DNA of 64,000 nucleotides. Origin: Roseobacter sp. (GTDB taxonomy: Bacteria > Pseudomonadota > Alphaproteobacteria > Rhodobacterales > Rhodobacteraceae). A model generated the notes under the pieces. The model was not told the DNA's origin, did no database searches, and saw only the letters and a list, made by a program, of their open reading frames with translations. A program made the translations under genes and the position numbers. The stretch lies in NCBI GenBank assembly GCA_011050655.1, contig DRFG01000092.1, positions 12,053-76,052 of the forward strand. The letters are read 5' to 3'. Shown here piece by piece: positions 1-9,410 of the stretch. How positions within the stretch are numbered: position 1 is the stretch's first letter; each line of letters opens with the position of its first letter.

Positions 1-924
1 GTCGATGGCACGATGACGGGCGGTTCGTCGTTTGTGAACTATCTGACCTCGGCGACACTGGCGTTGCAGGCTGGGCTTTGTGATGTGGCGCTGATCTGTT
101 ACGGATCCAATCAGCGTACGGCGTCAGGGCGGCTTGTGACCGCGTCAAAGCTGCCGCCCTACGAAGGGCTGTATAACCCGCGCTATCCGATCTCGGCATA
201 TGCGATGGCTGCGGCGCGGCATATGTATGAATATGGCACGACACGCGAACAACTGGCCGACGTAGCCGTTGCGGCACGCGCCTGGGCCCGGCATAATCCC
301 GAAGCCTTTGAGCGCGACGCGTTGACCCGCGAAGATGTACTGGGTGCGCGTATGGTGGGCGATCCGCTGACCACGCGCGATTGTTGCCTAGTGACCGATG
401 GCGGTGGTGCCATCGTGATGGTGCGGGCCGATCGGGCGCGGGATTTCCCCAAGGCACCAGTCTATGTCCTGGGGTCTGCGGCGGCCAGCAGCCATCGGCA
501 AATCTCGCAAATGCAGGATTTCACGGTTACGGCGGCGCGCGACTCCGGCAAACTTGCCTTTGCGATGGCCGGGGTGACGCCGGGCGATATCGACGTCGTT
601 GAGCTGTATGATGCGTTTACCATCAACACCATCCTGTTTCTCGAAGATCTCGGGTTCTGCGCCAAGGGCGAAGGCGGCGGATTTGTTGCCGATGGCCGGA
701 TCGCGCCGGGCGGGGCGTTGCCAGTCAACACCAATGGCGGTGGGCTGTCATGTGTGCACCCCGGAATGTACGGCATCTTCACGGTGATCGAGGCCGCACG
801 CCAGATCAGAGGTGATGCGCCGGGGTTGCAACAGGATAACGTGGAGCTGGCGCTGGCGCATGGCAATGGTGGGGTATTGTCTAGCCAAGTTACGGCCATT
901 CTCGGCGCGGCCAGCACCGTTTGA
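1..924 (+). CDS. Thiolase-family (SCP-x/Ltp-type) protein, 5'-truncated by the window edge
   Basis: The frame is open from base 1 (VDGTMTGGSSF...). Thiolase-like C-terminus VELYDAFT...LPVNTNGGGLSCVHPGMYG...ALAHGNGG. Confidence 0.85.
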   Translation, partial: VDGTMTGGSSFVNYLTSATLALQAGLCDVALICYGSNQRTASGRLVTASKLPPYEGLYNPRYPISAYAMAAARHMYEYGTTREQLADVAVAARAWARHNPEAFERDALTREDVLGARMVGDPLTTRDCCLVTDGGGAIVMVRADRARDFPKAPVYVLGSAAASSHRQISQMQDFTVTAARDSGKLAFAMAGVTPGDIDVVELYDAFTINTILFLEDLGFCAKGEGGGFVADGRIAPGGALPVNTNGGGLSCVHPGMYGIFTVIEAARQIRGDAPGLQQDNVELALAHGNGGVLSSQVTAILGAASTV

Positions 925-946
925 TTTAAGCAAGGAAAAACCGGAA

Positions 947-1804
947 ATGCCTTTGGATATTGATGCGCTGAACGCTTGGGAATTCAAAGACCTGGAGCAC
1001 AGCTATACCAAGCGGGACACGATGCTTTATGCCCTTGGTCTGGGGTTCGGAGAGGACCCGAACGATGAAAAAGAACTGGCCTATGTCTATGAAGACGGTC
1101 TGCTGGCCGCGCCAAGCATGGCCGTCATTCTGGGATATCCCGGTTTCTGGCTGAGCGACCCGCGCACAGGGGTCGAATGGAAAAAGGTCCTGCACGGTGA
1201 ACAATGGTTGGATGTGTTCAAGCCCCTGCCTGTCGAGGGTAAGGTGATCGGGCGCACCCGGATTGATCATATTTCTGACAAGGGCGAAGGCAAGGGCGCG
1301 GTGCTTCATATCAGCCGCGATATCATTGACGCGGCCAGCAATGAGACGCTGGCGCGGGTTTCGATGTCGACCTTTGCGCGTGGTGATGGCGGCTTCGGTG
1401 GTGAGAAGATTGCTGGGCCTATTCCGGCTACGTTGCCGGATCGGGCACCGGACCATATTTGCGATCTGACCACACTGCCGCGCCAAGCGCTGATTTACCG
1501 ACTGAGCGGTGATTACAACCCACTTCATGCCGACCCGGCGGTTGCGAGATCGGTGGGGTTTGACCGTCCGATCCTTCATGGTCTGGCAACCTATGGTCTG
1601 GGCTGCCGAGCGATCTTGAAGACGATCTGCGACTATGATGCAAGCCGCCTGACCGGTTTGGATGTGCGTTTTTCCGCGCCGGTTTACCCCGGTGAAACTG
1701 TGCGCTTCGAAATCTGGCGGGACGGCACAGAGGTTCGGTTTCGAGCAGTGGTACCCGAACGTAACGTGGTGGTGCTGAACAATGGCGCTGCAAGGCTTGC
1801 CTGA
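947..1804 (+). CDS. Double hot-dog (MaoC/HDE-type) (R)-enoyl-CoA hydratase
   Basis: Hydratase-2 motif YRLSGDYNPLHAD...GFDRPILHGL. Start moved to ATG 947, which follows AAGGA. Confidence 0.9.
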   Translation: MPLDIDALNAWEFKDLEHSYTKRDTMLYALGLGFGEDPNDEKELAYVYEDGLLAAPSMAVILGYPGFWLSDPRTGVEWKKVLHGEQWLDVFKPLPVEGKVIGRTRIDHISDKGEGKGAVLHISRDIIDAASNETLARVSMSTFARGDGGFGGEKIAGPIPATLPDRAPDHICDLTTLPRQALIYRLSGDYNPLHADPAVARSVGFDRPILHGLATYGLGCRAILKTICDYDASRLTGLDVRFSAPVYPGETVRFEIWRDGTEVRFRAVVPERNVVVLNNGAARLA

Positions 1805-1816
1805 GGAGAGAGACAT

Positions 1817-2935
1817 TTGACACAACCGCTTGACGATATTCTGGTGCTGGATTTTAGCACACTTTTGCCCGGTCCGATGGCCACGCTGATGCTGGCCGAA
1901 GCCGGGGCGGAGGTCATCAAACTGGAGCGTCCGGGCTCCGGCGAAGACATGCGCCTGACAGAGCCAATGATCGAGGGCCGCAGTCTGGGCTATGCTATCC
2001 TGAACCGGGGCAAGAAAAGCATCGCGCTGGACCTCAAGGCGGAAGGGGCTGTGGCCAGTTTGCGGTCGCTAATCGAAAAGGCCGATGTTATCGTCGAGCA
2101 ATTCCGTCCTGGCGTCATGGAACGGTTGGGACTGGGGTATGATGCGGTCAGGACGCTTAACTCCAAAATCATCTATTGTTCAATAACAGGGTACGGCCAG
2201 AGCGGCCCGAAACGAGACGTTGCCGGGCATGACATGAACTATGTTGGGGATGCGGGTGTCCTGTCGCTTAGTTCAGGTTCGGTTGACAGTCCGACCGCAC
2301 CGTTTGGTCTGATCGCCGATATCGGCGGGGGAACCTATCCGGCAATCATGAATATCCTGCTTGCGCTGCGCCAGCGCGACAAGACCGGGCAAGGCGTCCA
2401 TCTGGATATCGCCATGTCTGAGGGCGCGTTTGCCTTCGCCTATTGGGCGCACGCCAAGGGGGTCATCGCGGGCGAGCCTATTGAAAATGGCGGTGACAGG
2501 CTGACTGGGGGCAGGGCACGTTACAGGCTCTATTCGGCATCAGACGGCCGACAGGTTGCGGTCGGGGCGCTGGAGCAGAAATTCTGGGACGCATTTTGCA
2601 ATGTCATCGACCTGCCGCGGGACCTGCGCGATGACCTTGCCGATCCAGCGGCGACAAAGGCCGAGGTCGCGCGCCGGATTGTGGTCAAACCATCTGCTCA
2701 TTGGGCACCATTGCTGGAAGCGGCGGATTGCTGCTGCACCATTGTCAAGACACCGGCCGAGGCCGCAGCCGATCCGCATTTCACGGCGCGCGACACGTTC
2801 GGGCGGGTGGTTTCGGTTGGGGGCGAGCAAGTTCCGGCACTGCCTTTGCCGATTGCACCAGAATTTCGCGGGGCAGTCGCCGACAGTCGCGCCGCGCCCG
2901 ATCTGGGTGAGCAAAATGCCGAGTTTGGGTTGTAA
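1817..2935 (+). CDS. CaiB/BaiF class III CoA transferase
   Basis: LDFSTLLPGP, GAEVIKLE, NRGKKSIALDL, QFRPGVMERLGLGY, GHDMNY. TTG start after GAGGAG. Confidence 0.9.
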   Translation: MTQPLDDILVLDFSTLLPGPMATLMLAEAGAEVIKLERPGSGEDMRLTEPMIEGRSLGYAILNRGKKSIALDLKAEGAVASLRSLIEKADVIVEQFRPGVMERLGLGYDAVRTLNSKIIYCSITGYGQSGPKRDVAGHDMNYVGDAGVLSLSSGSVDSPTAPFGLIADIGGGTYPAIMNILLALRQRDKTGQGVHLDIAMSEGAFAFAYWAHAKGVIAGEPIENGGDRLTGGRARYRLYSASDGRQVAVGALEQKFWDAFCNVIDLPRDLRDDLADPAATKAEVARRIVVKPSAHWAPLLEAADCCCTIVKTPAEAAADPHFTARDTFGRVVSVGGEQVPALPLPIAPEFRGAVADSRAAPDLGEQNAEFGL

Positions 2936-2963
2936 ATAGTGGTCGCTGAGGCGTCAGAATAGG

Positions 2964-3004
2964 TTGACGGCTGACGCTGTTTGGAATAATCTAACAAATG
3001 TTAG
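2964..3004 (+). promoter_or_regulatory. Sigma70-type promoter with overlapping palindromic operator
   Basis: TTGACG (2964-2969), 17 bp, TAATCT (2987-2992). Palindrome CTAACAAATGTTAG (2991-3004) overlaps the -10. A 7-bp inverted repeat GCGTCAG/CTGACGC (2951-2977) flanks the -35. Confidence 0.65.
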
Positions 3005-3037
3005 AAACTTGTTTGAATTCCTTTGGGAGGGGTTACA

Positions 3038-3760
3038 ATGTCTGAGCCGATGTCGGAACTTTCCGCTGAAGCGGAACGATTTGTCTCTCCTGCGCACTAT
3101 GTCGATAGCGATAGTAGGGAGGTGCAGGCCTTTGTGATGCGGGCGCTGCGCAACATGGCACCGGATGCATCCAAAAAGGACATGGCAGTGCGCCTGTTTC
3201 AGGCTGTGCGCGACGATTTGCGGTATGATCCCTATACGTTTTCCCTGAACACCGAGGATTATCGGGCAAGTGTTATCGCGGACATGGACTCGGCGTTTTG
3301 CGTGCCCAAGGCGATCCTCCTGGCTGCATGCCTGCGGGCTGTTGGCATTCCGGCAGCACTTGGCTTTGCCGATGTTCGCAACCACTTGAATACGCCCAAA
3401 CTGGCCGAGCTGATGGGCACTGACCTGTTCATCTACCACGGCTATGTTCAGCTTTGGCTGGGTGAATCATCTTTCAAGGTGACCCCGGCCTTCAACATGG
3501 AATTGTGCCAGCGTTTTGGCGTCAAGCCGCTGGAATTTGACGGAGAGCACGACGCGCTGTTTCACGAATTTGACGACACGAACCGCCGCCATATGGAATA
3601 CGTCAATGATCGGGGCTTGTTTGTGGATGCGCCGATGCAGGAGTTCCTGACCGCATTTGGTGAGACATATCCGAAGCTGAAGGAATTCAACCGGCGCAGG
3701 ATTTCCGGTGAGTTCTTTGATGCGGGTTTTGCTAGTCCCGAAGGCTCACCTGCAAAATGA
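3038..3760 (+). CDS. Transglutaminase-like (Cys-His) family protein
   Basis: VRDDLRYDPY, FCVPKAILLAACLRAVGIPA, HGYVQL, KVTPAFN. ATG after GGGAGG. Confidence 0.8.
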   Translation: MSEPMSELSAEAERFVSPAHYVDSDSREVQAFVMRALRNMAPDASKKDMAVRLFQAVRDDLRYDPYTFSLNTEDYRASVIADMDSAFCVPKAILLAACLRAVGIPAALGFADVRNHLNTPKLAELMGTDLFIYHGYVQLWLGESSFKVTPAFNMELCQRFGVKPLEFDGEHDALFHEFDDTNRRHMEYVNDRGLFVDAPMQEFLTAFGETYPKLKEFNRRRISGEFFDAGFASPEGSPAK

Positions 3761-4206
3761 AGTATTTGGAAGATTTCAGTGTTGGTCAGGTTTTCGAATT
3801 TCGCTCTGCGCCGTTGACCAAACAGCAGATCATGGAGTTTGCTCAGGAATGGGACCCTCAGCGTCTGCATACGGATGAAGCCTATGCTGAAGGTATCCAC
3901 GGCGGGCTGATCGCCTCTGGTTTCCAGACACTTCTGACCGTGTTCAAACCTATCATGCAGGACTTGATGGTCGACGTCGCCAACATTGGTGGTATCGGGT
4001 TTGACCAGCTGCGCTGGCTGCGACCAGTGCGCCCAGAAGAACCACTGAATATCCGGATCGAAGTTCAGTCTTTGGTCCCATCGCGCAGCAAGCCTGACCG
4101 GGGTGTTTTGATTTACACGCTCGAAGCGCGAAACCCCGCCGGTGAGTTGGTTATGAGCGTTGAGACCCCAGTGATGATCCAGCGCCGAAAGGAAGACCTG
4201 AAATGA
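3757..4206 (+). CDS. MaoC/NodN-type single hot-dog dehydratase
   Basis: YLEDFSVGQ, WDPQRLHTD (D-x4-H), GLIASG, LRWLRPVRP. ATGA overlap with the upstream gene. Confidence 0.85.
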   Translation: MKYLEDFSVGQVFEFRSAPLTKQQIMEFAQEWDPQRLHTDEAYAEGIHGGLIASGFQTLLTVFKPIMQDLMVDVANIGGIGFDQLRWLRPVRPEEPLNIRIEVQSLVPSRSKPDRGVLIYTLEARNPAGELVMSVETPVMIQRRKEDLK

Positions 4207-5312
4207 CTATGGTACAAGACGAAGACCTACGGCTTTTGCGCGACAGCGTTGGTACGCTGCTGGATCGGGCGGGCGGACTTGGGCGCGCCCGCCGCGTGCG
4301 TGATGACGATACGCCCTGGGACGCGGGTATCTGGCAGGAACTGGCTGCTGCCGGTGTACTGGGGGTCGCAGCCCCCGAAGAGGCCGGGGGGCTTGGTATG
4401 GGGCTGACGGCGGCTGGTGTCGTGGCCGAAGAGATTGGCCGCGTGACCGCGCCTGAGCCGGTGGTGCCGACAATCGGGCTGGCAATCGGGCTGATGCAGC
4501 GGCTGTGCCCGCAGGATCCGATGCTGGAAGCCGCCATCGCTGGCGATGTCGTGTTGGCCGTGGCCTGGCAGGAACGCTGCGCGACGGGCCTATCGGATGA
4601 TATCGAATGCCGTTTTGATGGAACCACACTGACCGGCAGTAAGGATTGGGTGGTGGGGGCCAGTGGTGCGGACCATATTCTGGTCCTCGCCGAGGGGCCG
4701 CGAGGTTCGGTTCTGGTGCGCATCGCGGCGGATGCGTCTGGTCTGCTGATGCAGACCCGGCTGCAATCGGATGCCAGCGAGCTTTGGGGCATAAGCTTTG
4801 CGGACACCCCGGCAGAGGTGCTGGCCGAAGGCGCGCAGGTCACTGATGCGCTGACTAATGCCGTTGCGGATACGACCGCATTAGCCGCCGCCGAACTGGT
4901 CGGGCTAAGCGGTACAGCGCTGGTACTGACACTGGACTATATCAAAACACGCGAACAATTTGACAAGCCGATTGGTTCGTTTCAGGTGATTCAGCACCGT
5001 GCCGTTGATATGCATGTCTCGCAGGAAGTTTCCCAGGCCGCCGTACGCGAGGCGCTGGCCGCGATGGATCAAGCAGGTTCGACGCTAGAACGGGTGCGAC
5101 AGGCAAGCCGCGCCAAGGCCCGCGCCTGTACCGCCGCGCAAAAAATCACCCGCGAGGCGATCCAGCTGCATGGCGCGGTCGGGTACACGGATGAATTCGA
5201 TGTCGGCATGTTGCTGAACCGGGCGCTTGTCCTGTCGGCGTGGCTGGGGGATGCGGCGTTTCATCGCCGCCGCTGGCTGGATGCAAATGAAACAGAGGTG
5301 GCTGCGCAATGA
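4203..5312 (+). CDS. Acyl-CoA dehydrogenase, PimD-like subunit of a heteromeric pair
   Basis: TREQFDKPIGSFQVIQH, AIQLHGAVGYTDE. Degenerate N-terminal FAD motif; coupled to the next ACAD. Confidence 0.85.
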   Translation: MTMVQDEDLRLLRDSVGTLLDRAGGLGRARRVRDDDTPWDAGIWQELAAAGVLGVAAPEEAGGLGMGLTAAGVVAEEIGRVTAPEPVVPTIGLAIGLMQRLCPQDPMLEAAIAGDVVLAVAWQERCATGLSDDIECRFDGTTLTGSKDWVVGASGADHILVLAEGPRGSVLVRIAADASGLLMQTRLQSDASELWGISFADTPAEVLAEGAQVTDALTNAVADTTALAAAELVGLSGTALVLTLDYIKTREQFDKPIGSFQVIQHRAVDMHVSQEVSQAAVREALAAMDQAGSTLERVRQASRAKARACTAAQKITREAIQLHGAVGYTDEFDVGMLLNRALVLSAWLGDAAFHRRRWLDANETEVAAQ

Positions 5313-6454
5313 CCGACTGGAATGGAATAAGCGATGAAGAGTTTCGCCGAGAGGTTAGGGCTTTTTTCGAGGCCGAATATCCCGAAGAACTACGTCACCT
5401 GCCGCACCGACCTAAGTTTGCCGAGATTGAGCACTGGCATGTGAAGCTACACGCCAAAGGCTGGGTCGCACCTGCCTGGCCCATCGAATTTGGCGGCATG
5501 GGCTTGGAGGCGGCCAAACTGCTGATCTTTTACGAAGAACAGCAACACTATGGCGTCAACCGGGGTCGAGACATGGGGATCCAGATGGTTGGCCCCTTGA
5601 TTATCAAATTCGGCACCGAGGCACAAAAGGATTATTGGCTGCCGCGCATCCTGAGCTGTGAAGACATCTGGTGTCAGGGTTATTCCGAACCCGGAGCAGG
5701 CTCTGATCTGGCAAATCTGCGTACCAGTGCTGTGATTGATGGCGATGATTTCGTCATCAACGGCCAGAAGATCTGGACCACGATGGCGCATGACGCCACC
5801 CACATCTTCATGCTCGTGCGTACCGACCCCGATGCGCCTAAAAAACAACAGGGCATCAGTTTTGTTCTGGCCAGCATGGATCAGCCAGGCGTCGACGTGC
5901 GCACGATCACCACGCTGGCTGGCGAGACCGAGTTTTGCGAGGTGTTTTTTGACAACGCCCGCACCCCACGTGCCAACCTGGTGGGCGAGATCAACAAGGG
6001 TTGGAGCATGGCCAAGGCGCTGCTCAGCTTTGAGCGGATATTCATCGGCTCACCCGGCCTTGCGCAGAATGCACTGGGTCAGCTTGAAACTTTTGCCCGT
6101 GGTCGCGGTGCCTTTGACGACCCCGTGTTTCGGGATCGCTACGCCGAGGCGGCGCTGGACGTTGAAGACCACGCAGCCCTATACAGCCGCTTTGCCGATC
6201 AGCTTAAGCGCGGAGAGACATTGGGAGCAGATGTCTCGATGTTGAAAATCTGGGTGACCGAGACCTATCAGCGGATATCGGAACTGATGATCGAGGTCGC
6301 AGGCCCCGATGGTGGCAGTATAGGGCCGCTGCAGGTGGGCAATGTCGGGGTCGATGTGTTGGCCAGTTTTTACAAAGCACGGCCGACGACAATCTACGGC
6401 GGCTCAAACGAAATCCAACGAAATATCTTGTCTAAGGCCGTTTTGGGCCTGTGA
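5309..6454 (+). CDS. Acyl-CoA dehydrogenase, PimC-like subunit
   Basis: WCQGYSEPGAGSDLA, INGQKIWTT, FCEVFFD, TIYGGSNEIQRNI. Confidence 0.9.
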   Translation: MTDWNGISDEEFRREVRAFFEAEYPEELRHLPHRPKFAEIEHWHVKLHAKGWVAPAWPIEFGGMGLEAAKLLIFYEEQQHYGVNRGRDMGIQMVGPLIIKFGTEAQKDYWLPRILSCEDIWCQGYSEPGAGSDLANLRTSAVIDGDDFVINGQKIWTTMAHDATHIFMLVRTDPDAPKKQQGISFVLASMDQPGVDVRTITTLAGETEFCEVFFDNARTPRANLVGEINKGWSMAKALLSFERIFIGSPGLAQNALGQLETFARGRGAFDDPVFRDRYAEAALDVEDHAALYSRFADQLKRGETLGADVSMLKIWVTETYQRISELMIEVAGPDGGSIGPLQVGNVGVDVLASFYKARPTTIYGGSNEIQRNILSKAVLGL

Positions 6455-6483
6455 CGATCATTTGCCAAACAGAGGAAACTAAA

Positions 6484-7293
6484 ATGTTTGACTACGCAAC
6501 GAAGTACCCAAAATTGTCTTTCGACTACCCGGCAGATCGCGTTTTGCGCATCACTTTTGACCGGCCAGAGACCTATAACTCGGTTGATGCCGAAACCCAC
6601 ACCCAAATGACCGATATCTGGATCGACATTGACCGCGATCAGGACATCAATGCAGTAATCGTTACAGGCCGGGGCAAAGCGTTTTCGGCAGGCGGCGACT
6701 TCAGTTTGATCGAAGGCATCACCGGCAATTTCGACACGGTGATGAAGACATGGAAAGAAGCCAAGGATTTGGTTTACAACATCATCAATTGTAACAAGAT
6801 TATCATCTCGGCGATCAACGGCCCGGCGGCTGGTGCGGGCCTTGTTGTGGGTATCCTTGCCGATATCTCGATCGCGGGAAAACGCGCCAAAATCGTTGAT
6901 GGCCACCCGCGTTTGGGTGTCGCTGCGGGCGATTGTGCCGCGATCATCTGGCCCCTCCTGTGCGGCATGGCCAAAGCCAAATACTACCTGTTGACCTGCA
7001 AGCCGATAAGCGGTGAAGAGGCCGAACGTATTGGCATGGTGTCGATGTGCGTCGAGGATGACGAACTTGAACAGATCTCGATTGATACCGCGACTGAAAT
7101 GGCCACGGGATCGCAAAGCGCACTTCGCTGGACCAAATACTCACTGAACAACTGGCTGCGTCAGGCCGGGCCTATCTTTGACGCTTCGACCGCCCTGGAG
7201 ATGCTGGGATTTATGGGCGATGACGTAAAAGAAGGTGTACTTTCACACCGCGAAAAACGCGCGCCAAATTTCCGCAAAGATTGCCCGCTCTAG
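6484..7293 (+). CDS. Crotonase-superfamily protein with a His/Asp dyad (possible C-C hydrolase)
   Basis: AFSAGGD and [10 protein letters not shown] oxyanion motifs; [15 protein letters not shown] 6484 after GAGGA. Confidence 0.85.
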   Translation: MFDYATKYPKLSFDYPADRVLRITFDRPETYNSVDAETHTQMTDIWIDIDRDQDINAVIVTGRGKAFSAGGDFSLIEGITGNFDTVMKTWKEAKDLVYNIINCNKIIISAINGPAAGAGLVVGILADISIAGKRAKIVDGHPRLGVAAGDCAAIIWPLLCGMAKAKYYLLTCKPISGEEAERIGMVSMCVEDDELEQISIDTATEMATGSQSALRWTKYSLNNWLRQAGPIFDASTALEMLGFMGDDVKEGVLSHREKRAPNFRKDCPL

Positions 7294-7319
7294 GTCAACC
7301 AACAACAAGGGAGGCCACC

Positions 7320-8516
7320 ATGTCTGACGCTGTCTATACGGAAATTGCCAGAGCCTATGCCAAAGCAGCACAAGTGGCACCGGGACTGAAGGCACGGTTT
7401 GACAAAGCGGGTTTTGACCCATCCAAGGTTTCATCACTGGCGGATCTCTCCCGCCTGCCGGTGATGAAAAAAGAGGAGTTGCTTACGCTCCAAAGAGCGA
7501 ACCCGCCTTTCGGCGGGTTCCTCGTCGCCGATCCCAAAGAGGTATCGCGCATCTATGTGTCTCCGGGCCCGATATTTGAGCCGTCGTTGCCCGGTGTGGG
7601 CGGCCATGGGCTTGACCTGTTGTTCAGATCTGCAGGGATCACAAATGCCGATATCATCCTGAACACTTGGGCCTATCATCTTGTCCCCGCGGGCCTACTG
7701 TTTGATGAGGCGGCGCAGGTCGTTGGTGCGACCGTGATTCCGGGAGGAACCGGAAACCGTGAATTGCAGGCCCAGATCATTCGCGAAACCGGTGTTACGT
7801 CGATCTGCGCCAGCACTGCGTTTTTTCTGGCGTTGGCCGACAAGGTGATCGAAACCTATGGCCGCGAAGCCTGGACCGTGAAATCCGCCTTTCTTGGTGG
7901 AGAAATGGGCGACTGGATGGCCAAGCGTCGCCGGATCGAATCCGACTATGGTGTAAAAACCTGGGCGGCCTATGCCACCGCCGATCTGGGGCTTGTCGGC
8001 TATGAGGACGGTGGCGAAGGGTATCTGGTTCACCCCGACCGGATCGTGCAGATATGTGACCCCGAAAGCGGCACGCCATTGGCGGATGGCGAAACAGGCG
8101 AGATCGTCGTCACCGCGCGCCAAGCCGACTGGCCGATGATCCGGTTTGGCACTGGCGACAGTGCCTATGCGCTGGAAAGTGAGGCGGATGGTCGAGTCAC
8201 CCGACTTTCGGCCATTCAGGGGCGGGTCGGTGCCGCAGTAAAAGTGCGCGAGATATTCATCTACCCCCGGGCAATCGAAGAAGTTGTGATTGCGGTATCA
8301 GGGGCCATCGCAGCGCAGGCTGTGGTCACGCGCGAAAATGATCGTGATACAGTGCGCCTGCATCTGGTTCTGGACCACGGCACCGACAAGGGCACCACCA
8401 CAAAGGCCGCAGCAGATGCGTTTCAGAGGACCGCGCGCATCCGTGCTGACAAGGTGGAGTTCATCGACCAACTGCCCGAAGATGCCGAATTGATTGTTGA
8501 TCGCCGGGATATGTGA
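7320..8516 (+). CDS. Phenylacetate-CoA-ligase-like (PaaK family) adenylating protein
   Basis: DLSRLPVMKK, GEIVVT, PMIRFGTGD, GRVGAAVKVREIFIYP. ATG after GGAGG. Confidence 0.75.
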   Translation: MSDAVYTEIARAYAKAAQVAPGLKARFDKAGFDPSKVSSLADLSRLPVMKKEELLTLQRANPPFGGFLVADPKEVSRIYVSPGPIFEPSLPGVGGHGLDLLFRSAGITNADIILNTWAYHLVPAGLLFDEAAQVVGATVIPGGTGNRELQAQIIRETGVTSICASTAFFLALADKVIETYGREAWTVKSAFLGGEMGDWMAKRRRIESDYGVKTWAAYATADLGLVGYEDGGEGYLVHPDRIVQICDPESGTPLADGETGEIVVTARQADWPMIRFGTGDSAYALESEADGRVTRLSAIQGRVGAAVKVREIFIYPRAIEEVVIAVSGAIAAQAVVTRENDRDTVRLHLVLDHGTDKGTTTKAAADAFQRTARIRADKVEFIDQLPEDAELIVDRRDM

Positions 8517-8551
8517 AGTCTTAGCAGAAGACACGACGACTGCGCACCGGG

Positions 8552-9406
8552 TCAATTATCACTGTACTGTGCCACAAAACTTCTTACGCCATTATCCGCC
8601 TCGCACCAGACCTTGCCGCCGCTATTTTCTTCAGTATGAAATAACGAGATTGAGCTTCCCAGTGTAACCGGCGCCAGACCCCGGAAGGAAAAGCGGCGGG
8701 GTGGTTTACCGGCGATTTTAGCAGCGAGATTTAGCAACAGCGTGGCCTGCAACGGACCATGCACCACAAGGTCGACATAGCCTTCGGTGTTGCGGGCATA
8801 GTCCTGATCATAATGGATACGATGAGAATTGAAGGTCAGGGCCGAGTAGCGAAACAACAATAACGGATCAGGTGTCAGCTTGCCCAGTTGGGTGCCCCGG
8901 TTCGTATCGCTCTGCGATGCTGGCTTGGAGCTTGGGGGATTACCGGTCTTTGGAAAATCTCTGAAAACGAGATCCTGGCGTTCAGATATGCACAGGCGAT
9001 CCTGCGAGAAGAATTCCTGCTCGACCGTTACAAAGATTAGAGGTCCGCTTTTCCCATTTTTAGCAACAACGTCCGAAACCCTTGAAATCCGGGTCACCGG
9101 CGAGTCTGAAGAAAGTCTTTGGTGGTGGATGATTTCACCTCCGGCCCACATCCGGGCAGGAAGCCGCACAGGCGGCAAAAAATCACCTTTTTCGGCGTGA
9201 CCGTCCTCTGAAAGTTTACTTTTATGGGTGGCCGACACGGTGGTACACCAATGAATGCCCAATGGAGCTCCTCTCCCCTCAAGCCACAGGAATGGATCAA
9301 GTGTGGCGCAAAACCTGTCGACCAGCGAATTTGTCAAATAATCGCCGACCTTTTCGGACCTTCCGACCCAGTCCTTGAGGGAGGGTAAATCAATTTCTTT
9401 GGTCAT
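8552..9406 (-). CDS. Itaconyl-CoA/mesaconyl-C4-CoA hydratase-like double hot-dog protein
   Basis: DGHAEKGDFLPP...RMWAGG, LLFRYSALTFNSHRIHYD, LVVHGPLQA. Start trimmed to MTKEID. Confidence 0.8.
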   Translation of the reverse strand: MTKEIDLPSLKDWVGRSEKVGDYLTNSLVDRFCATLDPFLWLEGRGAPLGIHWCTTVSATHKSKLSEDGHAEKGDFLPPVRLPARMWAGGEIIHHQRLSSDSPVTRISRVSDVVAKNGKSGPLIFVTVEQEFFSQDRLCISERQDLVFRDFPKTGNPPSSKPASQSDTNRGTQLGKLTPDPLLLFRYSALTFNSHRIHYDQDYARNTEGYVDLVVHGPLQATLLLNLAAKIAGKPPRRFSFRGLAPVTLGSSISLFHTEENSGGKVWCEADNGVRSFVAQYSDN

Positions 9407-9410
9407 TGGC

